A stretch of DNA of 46,077 nucleotides from NCBI RefSeq assembly GCF_001194135.2, contig NC_068991.1, positions 75,958,210 through 76,004,286 on the forward strand. Reading direction: 5' to 3'. Made by a program: the position numbers and the translations under genes. Under the pieces are notes generated by a model. The model worked only from the letters and a program-made list of their open reading frames with translations. It was not told where the DNA came from and made no database searches. Positions 37,306 to 46,077 of the stretch are shown piece by piece. The stretch is from Octopus bimaculoides (taxonomy: Eukaryota). The stretch's first letter is position 1; every line of letters starts with the position of its first letter.

Positions 37306-38818
37306 AGAAATGAAAAATTATGATACTTTTTTTAAAAATTGAGACGGACTATTAACTATTGATAAGATATACATACGCATTTATCTGAATCAACAGCGAC
37401 AGCATGTAGCTGATTCTTATCTAATTGATCTTAGTTTTATAAAATACAGCATCAAAACAGGTTTGCTTTAAAATCGGTTTCTGATTAATCGTAGCAAAAT
37501 ACCACTTTACCCTCTTTTTAATCATCCCTAGTATCAATTTTATCTATTAATCATGCTTCACCACTTTGAAAATTACAAATGAATCAAATATTTATGTTTG
37601 AATTGGAATCTATATAGATTTCTAGTAATGATATGTATGTTGTATATAGAATCCAATGTCTCTCTCCTAATCGGAAAAGCATTAAACCAATATTTTGTTG
37701 TGTTTTGTTGTGTCAGTCTGTTTAAAACCTTTGAACTGAGCCGCAATTGTTCATCAGATGCGATATCACACGAGTAAAATGAACATGAATGTTCGTATTT
37801 GTATATCTTCTCTTTTCATTCATCCTAAATCCTTATTATTATACCCCAAATTAAGGGCTTAATATGTTTAATTGCCACTAAATATTGTTGATGTACATTT
37901 TCTGTGACATGACTTCGTCTTAAAGCAGAGAAATAAAATTCAGTTGTGAAGCACCTCATTGGGAACTGAAACTCTATCATGGACCCAATACGATGCGAAA
38001 TGATCTTTGTCATACGAACTTGACCTAATGATAATATCGATTTCTTTGAATTGGCTTCAAAGGAGAAAGTGAAAGATTGTCTATGTAATATGATGGGATA
38101 TGTTAAGGCATTGGTGCAGAGCGTTACTCACTAGAATAATTGGCCTCTCACACACTTAAACAAAATGGATATTGAGCAAGAGAATTTTCATGACTTATAA
38201 AACATTTGAGTTCCTTTTAATTAACTATGCGTTTGACAAGACATTTAAGGAAAATGTCATAATCGATTGAATAAGCCTGATGTATCACTAAACACACGTT
38301 ATACATATTTCAGAGGCAAATTAACTCGAACGAATTATATTGTAGGAAAAGTTAAAAAAAAAAAAACAATTACTGTAGTTAATTATTAGCTTTCAGCCTT
38401 GTGACTGTTTTAATAATCAGGCAATTCTGCTTAGCCAAAAAAATATTATCATCATCTATGCTTAGAATACAAAATTATTACTTCTTGTGGTGATCTATAT
38501 CAATTATTGAATAAATTTGACATCCATGCAATCTGCTAATAGAAGGCAACTGATATGTAGTGTTATTATGAAGCCACTGCTAGATATGAAATTTATCTTT
38601 GAATGGTGAGGCCTGTCAGGAAAAGCGTTTGGGGTATATATTTTTATTTCATATATTAAAGATATTAGAAACATGAAAATACAGCGAGAGAAGTTTTCGA
38701 AAATTTGGAAAGAAAAAAAAAACATATTTGTCAATTATATATATCATTTTAAAACAAAATTTTGCAATTTTTTAATATAAATACAGAGAATGTGTGATGT
38801 AATATTTTACATGAATAA

Positions 38819-39035
38819 GGCGGTGAGCTGGCAGAAACGTTAGCACACCGGGCGAAATGCTTAGCGGTATTTCGCCTGTCTTTATGTCCTGAGTTCAAAT
38901 TTCGCCGAGGTTGACTTTGCCTTTCATTCTTTCGGGGTCGATAAATTAAGTGCCAGTTGCGTACTGGAGTCGATCTAATCGACTTCCCCCCTCCCCAAAA
39001 ATTTTGGGCCTTGTGCCTAGAGTAGAAAGGAATAT
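38819..39035 (+). mobile_element. SINE family B, full length
   Basis: GGCGGTGAGCTGGCAGAAACGTTAGC (A box), GAGTTCAAATTTC (B box), central GACTTTGCCTTTCATTCTTTCGGGGTCGATAAATTAAGTGCCAG, and 3' end GTAGAAAGGAATATT. Confidence 0.9.
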
Positions 39036-39391
39036 TTTGCATGAATAACTTTCGGTATTTATTTCTCTGATAATGTATCAAACTATGATTAAAGCCAGAC
39101 ACCAGCGAGGACCTTTTTCCATTACGTTTCGCCCGCTCTGACAATTAAACTTTTTAGACGCTTCCTTCTGTAAACAAAGCATTTGAATTTGCTTCGGGCT
39201 ATGATATAATATTCATGCAAATTTATATCGCCTGAGGATTGCTTTCAGTATACTTAGCTAATCTGACACACATACACACATACACCTACATATACACACA
39301 CACAATATACTCACACACCCAAATACAAACATACACACACAATTCTCCGCGCGCACGCACACTACAATCTACCTAGCTAGTTAAATAGCTA

Positions 39392-39428
<37 letters not shown>

Positions 39429-39766
39429 CTCTCTCCATCTGTATGTATGTATGTATGTATGTATGTGTATACGAGCAAATTCAAGAACAAAAAAATAAAC
39501 AGGAAAGTACAACAAATCCGCGTGTATGTGTGCATGTGTGTGTGCGTACGCTAGTGGGAATACATCTTGTTTTAAATACATTATCCCTGTGACCTACGTG
39601 TTTATTTTCATTACCCCCAGAAGATATTATCACTGGGACTTCATTCTATTTTTGCTGTTATTACTAGCAGTACATCGTATTACTGCAAGAGCATCCTAAC
39701 TGTAAAGATTCGCGGGTTTTCCTCTTGTGACAGTATTGCATTTGGGAATTAGAGATGCAATGCTAT

Positions 39767-39807
39767 CTAAACGACTACATTGAACGACTACATCTAAACG
39801 ACTACAC
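39767..39807. repeat. 3 x 13-14 bp tandem repeat (CTAAACGACTACAT)
   Basis: Directly visible. Confidence 0.9.
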
Positions 39808-40343
39808 TGACATTGTAATTATTTAAAGCTTTCTGATACTTCTTTAGTATGGGAATGTATATTTATCAGAGTGAAGAGATTATGAGTTAAATACGATATT
39901 TCCGAGTGTTATATAAGACAGTAGCTCGCTTCTTCATTCTCCTGTTATTTGCATTTACGAATGCGCTATTTCAACTGTGTAAGGATTGTCGAAGATACCA
40001 TTGTCGCACGCCTGTTGAATATTCTTTTACTTAAGTTATCTAATAAGTATATCCTACTACATTACACATTCTGTTACTTTTCGTGAAACGATAGGTTGCA
40101 ATTTTGGGAAATTTTGTCTCCTACTATAGAAAGATAGAATTGCCACGTAAATGTACGTTCGTTGAATCAAGAATCTTATGGAAAAAGAAAAAAAAAACAA
40201 ATAACGAAGTGTAAACCCCTCTTTACGTACTAACTGAAACGAATTACTTTTGCTTGAAATAAAAATGATATTCTCCTGCTTTCGTAGAATATATGCGACA
40301 AAATATTGATTTCTAACATAGAAATACGGCTAAAAATATACGG

Positions 40344-40500
40344 CGACTGTCCCCGACTCTTGATTAACACCTTATTTTAGGGAGCACTTGAATCATGAAG
40401 GGCGAATTCGATCTCGTTCATATTTGAACTGAAAATATACAAGAACACGACCAAATACTACGAGACATTTTGACAGACACTTTTCCAATTCTGTCGATTC
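40344..40500 (-). mobile_element. highly diverged SINE family B-related copy
   Basis: Minus strand CAGTTCAAAT...GAGATCGAATT..CCTTCATG..; collinear but degenerate. Confidence 0.4.
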
Positions 40501-41670
40501 ACAACCCTCTAAACATTAAGAGGGCCCATTCTGTGTTCGTAAATATTGATTTTATTGTAATGTACATATGTACAATTCATATTACTGATATTTGCCAATA
40601 TCTTAATGTAATAAAAATATGTCTCTAACACCCGTATAATTTCTGCTTTTAGCACTACGATATTTTCATAGAATATAAATGATAACACCTCATATTTCTG
40701 TATTAGTAATTTAAACTTCAATAGAAATCCAGTCCCCACCACTATTAATGGTTCCTCACTAGAGTAGTGACCGTTTATGATACATCGCTGCTACTATAAA
40801 TCATGATTTCAAAGGCCTGCAAATAAAAGAAATTGTTTGTTATAAATTTCTCAATAGATATATGAGCTGTTATATACATGGTACAGATACATTAAAGGAA
40901 ATATTTCTTTTTTCTTCCACGTGGAGATCTTCCTATATTATCAAATCGCACAAATATTAGAATTAAGGTAGTTTTCTGTGTTTTTATAATTCATGCCATT
41001 GATCGAAAAGTAAAACCATAACAAAGTATCGCTATCGTGTTTGTTGATCTTGTATTAAGTTGAATGTGTTCATAATAATGCACGCTTTAAAAAAAATGGC
41101 AATATTAACAATATAACCGTATCAGAATTTATGACGTAATGAGCATTGTATATGAGAGAAAGAAATAATTTTACGAAGACTTTCTGATATTAGAATAAGT
41201 TACAGCAGGGAAGACACAGTGGTACTCACTGAAATATATATAAATTAACAACTGGTTGCCAAGAGGGATTCATAACATCGGTACATAAAGATAACAAGAA
41301 TATTACACTTTACGTATTTGATAGAATCCATATTTAAAATTAGGAGTTCATAAACAGAATTTTTCTTTTGAAAGCATGCTATGGAAGCACAAATAAATGC
41401 GTCATTCTATAACTTGTGATACTTTATTAAGAGTAATATTATTAAAGTAATTATTAAAATGAACTTATATAAGGTTAAATGTCAGTAATAATATCGGTTC
41501 GTTTCAAGCATGAACACGTCATTTGGCCATTTGGTCGAACGCTTCACTACAGAGAAAATGAATTATTCTTGAAGAGAGATGAATATGACTGTAATGAGAG
41601 AGGGGGAGAGAAGGAGAGGGATGGAAATCGTCTTCCGAAAGAAGAGGCACACAGATGTAGAGCAACATAC

Positions 41671-41981
41671 ATTAAACATGGGGAAGGCCAGTTTATTGGA
41701 TTACCTTAGGTTTCCCATCCATAAAGGGTTTAGCTCTATGGCGTATCGTCAGATCCTAAAATCCTGTTGGCTCAAGACTGTTTACGTTTATAAAGTGTTT
41801 AGCATTATGGCGTATCGTTAGATCCCGAAAACCTGTTGGCCGAAGATCGCTTGAAAGTATCTTTTTTAAAGAGGTCTTGGGCCAACAGATTTTTGGGATC
41901 TGGCGATACGCCATAAAGCTAAACCCTTGATGGGCAGGAAAACTTAACGCAATCCCATAAACGTACCTTCCAATGTTTAAT
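41671..41981. mobile_element. foldback/MITE-like element with 108-bp TIRs and an internal third subrepeat
   Basis: Arm 41671-41778 versus the reverse complement of 41874-41981 (inner 55 bp has 6 mismatches). 41791-41846 is a direct copy of the inner half of the left arm. Confidence 0.8.
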
Positions 41982-42084
41982 ATCTATCTATATATATATA
42001 TTTATATAGATAGATAGATAGATAGATAGATAGATGTGTATATATATACACGCACACACATATATAAATATACATTTATCTTCA

Positions 42085-42293
42085 TTTATTCTTTTTTCTT
42101 TTATTTGTTGCAGTCATTTCACCGCGGCTATGCTGTAGCACCGCCTTTAGTCGACATTAGGACTTATTCTTTGTAAGCCTAGTACTTATATTATCGGTCT
42201 CTTGGGCCGAATTGCTAAGTTACGGGGACGTCAACAGACCTACATCCGGTGTGAAGCAATGGTGGGAGGAGAAACACAGACACAAAACATACA

Positions 42294-42300
<7 letters not shown>
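42085..42300 (-). mobile_element. SINE family A 3' half (5' part probably in gap)
   Basis: Reverse complement of CCCCGTAACTTAGC...TAAGTACTAGGCTTACAAAGAATAAGTCCT...AAAGGCGGTGCTACAGCAT. Confidence 0.85.
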
Positions 42301-42337
<37 letters not shown>

Positions 42338-42712
42338 NNNNNNNNNNNNNNNNNNNNNNNNNNNNNNNNNNNNNNNNNNNNNNNNNNNNNNNNNNNNNNN
42401 NNNNNNNNNNNNNNNNNNNNNNNNNNNNNNNNNNNNNNNNNNNNNNNNNNNNNNNNNNNNNNNNNNNNNNNNNNNNNNNNNNNNNNNNNNNNNNNNNNNN
42501 NNNNNNNNNNNNNNNNNNNNNNNNNNNNNNNNNNNNNNNNNNNNNNNNNNNNNNNNNNNNNNNNNNNNNNNNNNNNNNNNNNNNNNNNNNNNNNNNNNNN
42601 NNNNNNNNNNNNNNNNNNNNNNNNNNNNNNNNNNNNNNNNNNNNNNNNNNNNNNNNNNNNNNNNNNNNNNNNNNNNNNNNNNNNNNNNNNNNNNNNNNNN
42701 NNNNNNNNNNNN

Positions 42713-42743
<31 letters not shown>

Positions 42744-42749
42744 GTGTGT

Positions 42750-42845
42750 GTGTGTGTGTTTGTATCTGTGTTAACGTCCACGTAACTTAGCGCTTCGGCA
42801 AAGAGAGTAATAGAATAAGCATTAGGCTTACAAATAATAAGTTTT
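42750..42845 (+). mobile_element. SINE family A internal/3' fragment
   Basis: ACGTCCACGTAACTTAGCGCTTCGGCAAAAGAGA..ATAGAATAAG..TAGGCTTACAAA. Confidence 0.75.
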
Positions 42846-44038
42846 ATTCTATCGAACGTAAAAGGATGAACGGCAAGTTTGGTCCAAGCGGTATTTAAAC
42901 AGAAAACATGCAAGAGGCACTAACGGCTCCGCTTCGTGCAATGTATTACAGCGGAATTTTGCTGGTGCTTGCTTATGCCTCAGAATGCTTACGAGATTAT
43001 ATTGGTAATGTAACAGTTGAAGCCGTGAAGCTTCCAGTCTTACGTTTACAGTGGAATCGATAATAGACGAATGCATGGAACAGTAAACATACAAACACGG
43101 CTGAACGGTTCCTTCGTACCGTCAGTTATCACCATCATCAAAAATACTCAGACAGCAGAAAAAATGTATTATATCAAACAAATATATAGGAACCATAAAG
43201 AGAGGAAAGCATTCGGAAAAAAGCCTCATAAAAGACAACGTAACATTATTTACCACATATCATAAAGAAGCATGAACGAAAATCTTATTGATAAAAATGC
43301 CACAAACCACATTAATGACCATTGCAATTGATGATTCATAGCAGCAAAATTTGCAAACGCTAAAAAATAACTCATGGCTAGAAAGGTATATAATGAGCAA
43401 AATATACATCTGGCATTAGATTTATAACAATCTCCTGGGCGCTGCATGCAATAAGCAGGCCTTAATACGTGCCGACATCGCTTCATCCTGTCAGGGAGAC
43501 TAAGAAATATTAGAAACGATGACGACGGATTTTGCAACATAACTGTTCAAAAACTGCAAGAGAAGAAACTCATAAAAATATCTGTGATAAAATGTAGCCC
43601 AGTCGTGTATTATATACATTCGTAAACAAAAGGCTGCTCTCCATATATAAACACATAATATCCCCGCACACACATATACGTATTATATGTATAAGCAAGA
43701 CATGCAATCACACTTATATCATCAAATGCTTACGTATATAAAAGTCTACTTCAAACTTTGGAAAATTTCTATATCCTGAATACACATTCATACAAGAACT
43801 GGCAAGTTGAGGTATGAATCTACATACATGATCTATATGAGGTATTTGTTTGAAGTGTCTATTAAATTATTCATATACTAATTTCTGTAAGAGATTTTTT
43901 TCTTAAATCTATACGTCGTAAAATATCTGTTATCAAGCCCGATCTACATTTGGTTTTCGATTTAGTTATGTTGTTCTCCTGTCTACTAAACTGAAACACG
44001 TACCAAAAGACTAATACAAGTAGCTATCCATAATGTTC

Positions 44039-44073
<35 letters not shown>

Positions 44074-44243
44074 NNNNNNNNNNNNNNNNNNNNNNNNNNN
44101 NNNNNNNNNNNNNNNNNNNNNNNNNNNNNNNNNNNNNNNNNNNNNNNNNNNNNNNNNNNNNNNNNNNNNNNNNNNNNNNNNNNNNNNNNNNNNNNNNNNN
44201 NNNNNNNNNNNNNNNNNNNNNNNNNNNNNNNNNNNNNNNNNNN

Positions 44244-44279
<36 letters not shown>

Positions 44280-44521
44280 GGATATGTAATGGTTTTTATT
44301 AAGGTATACGTATAGACATACATAAATATATGTATATATATATATGCATACATGTATGTATGTATATGGCTTTATGAAGATATATGTACACAGACATACA
44401 TATATGTTGTGTGTGTGCGTGTAGGTGTGTGTGTGTATGTATGTATGCTTCTATATATTCATGTGTACATATGCATATTTAAACATATATATGTGTATAT
44501 ATAAATGTGTATGTATGTATG

Positions 44522-44552
<31 letters not shown>

Positions 44553-46077
44553 NNNNNNNNNNNNNNNNNNNNNNNNNNNNNNNNNNNNNNNNNNNNNNNN
44601 NNNNNNNNNNNNNNNNNNNNNNNNNNNNNNNNNNNNNNNNNNNNNNNNNNNNNNNNNNNNNNNNNNNNNNNNNNNNNNNNNNNNNNNNNNNNNNNNNNNN
44701 NNNNNNNNNNNNNNNNNNNNNNNNNNNNNNNNNNNNNNNNNNNNNNNNNNNNNNNNNNNNNNNNNNNNNNNNNNNNNNNNNNNNNNNNNNNNNNNNNNNN
44801 NNNNNNNNNNNNNNNNNNNNNNNNNNNNNNNNNNNNNNNNNNNNNNNNNNNNNNNNNNNNNNNNNNNNNNNNNNNNNNNNNNNNNNNNNNNNNNNNNNNN
44901 NNNNNNNNNNNNNNNNNNNNNNNNNNNNNNNNNNNNNNNNNNNNNNNNNNNNNNNNNNNNNNNNNNNNNNNNNNNNNNNNNNNNNNNNNNNNNNNNNNNN
45001 NNNNNNNNNNNNNNNNNNNNNNNNNNNNNNNNNNNNNNNNNNNNNNNNNNNNNNNNNNNNNNNNNNNNNNNNNNNNNNNNNNNNNNNNNNNNNNNNNNNN
45101 NNNNNNNNNNNNNNNNNNNNNNNNNNNNNNNNNNNNNNNNNNNNNNNNNNNNNNNNNNNNNNNNNNNNNNNNNNNNNNNNNNNNNNNNNNNNNNNNNNNN
45201 NNNNNNNNNNNNNNNNNNNNNNNNNNNNNNNNNNNNNNNNNNNNNNNNNNNNNNNNNNNNNNNNNNNNNNNNNNNNNNNNNNNNNNNNNNNNNNNNNNNN
45301 CCCAATCGTCTCTCCTAACACCACATGTTACATAAAATGTATTACAGATTTTCAGATACATGTCTTCTGCTTTTATGCTATTTCATGTTTTAAATTACCT
45401 CCCAGGTTTATTGATCATAGCGAATGAAGTGACCAGGATAACCTTAAAAGCATTAAAACGCAGAGAAGGACATACAAGTGGAGAACCATAAATATTGTCT
45501 GTCTTTCGGAGCTGCGGGTTTTTAATTTCTGAAACCATTAGTCGAACTGCTGTCTTCACATCTAGTTTCTTACTATCAAGTCTACTTTATGCTACTCTCC
45601 CCACTCATACCATTACTCCTATACACTATTATTGGAACATTTTATATAATATATACTAACTGTAAGACATCATTCTGCAGATAATAGCCATAATGTCAAA
45701 GGGAATCTTTTCATACTTAGCAAATTCAGTCTCACGTAGCTTACACAGCTTAGAGTATTTACATTATGTTTTTACCCACAATTTCTCTTCTAATATGTTT
45801 TAGCCTCTGTCAATTTCACATGTTGTTTTACATGCATCCTTTGTTTTATAACCTCTCTCATTATACACTACTTTCATTCGGAAAAAAAAAATCTCCACAA
45901 AAAAATCTACAGAGAATTGTAAAACCGTCTATATACATACATACATAAATACATGACTTCATACATGTGTGTGTGCTTGTATGTATATATATATTTTTTT
46001 TGTGTGTATATGCGGCTCAGCACGTCCGTCATCTGATGACTGAAGCAAGAAAGTAACACACACACACACACACACAC

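Noticed and set aside
39767-39807. Three short direct repeats as a possible CRISPR-like array
   Set aside because: The units are contiguous with no spacers, too short, and the context is eukaryotic.
42940-43065. 40-aa ORF MYYSGILLVLAYASECL... resembling a signal peptide or a LINE LYASE motif
   Set aside because: Too short and ambiguous to support either call.
46033-46052. CTGATGA...GAAA hammerhead-like spacing
   Set aside because: No convincing stem II, stem III or stem I pairing; CTGATGA sits inside a competing GTCAT/ATGAC hairpin.

Overview
Eukaryotic, AT-rich, repeat-dominated draft sequence. It has 16 N-gaps (about 5.9 kb), most flanked by microsatellites. The SINE families and extreme dinucleotide/trinucleotide density suggest a coleoid cephalopod, probably Octopus (inference). 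No host protein-coding gene is supported, and almost all long ORFs in the track are microsatellite or gap artefacts. The recognisable content is mobile DNA: tRNA-derived SINEs (two main families plus a short tRNA-like one), three Tc1/mariner-superfamily remnants (one DD37D/maT type, two mariner), two MITEs, 3' ends of CR1/L2-group and RTE-like LINEs, a Penelope-like GIY-YIG element, and R4/Dong-type restriction-like-endonuclease retrotransposons inside (TAA)n arrays. The most interesting signals are (i) three hammerhead-ribozyme-like motifs of the Penelope type, two pointing opposite to an adjacent GIY-YIG remnant, (ii) a 26-33 kb cluster of retroposons all embedded in (AAT)n with the same strand polarity, including a non-coding ~480-bp family, (iii) a 45-bp-stem near-perfect hairpin at 37212-37305, and (iv) a zinc-finger LINE tail inserted with a 12-bp TSD into a mariner TIR. 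I found no clear evidence of a wholly new biological system.
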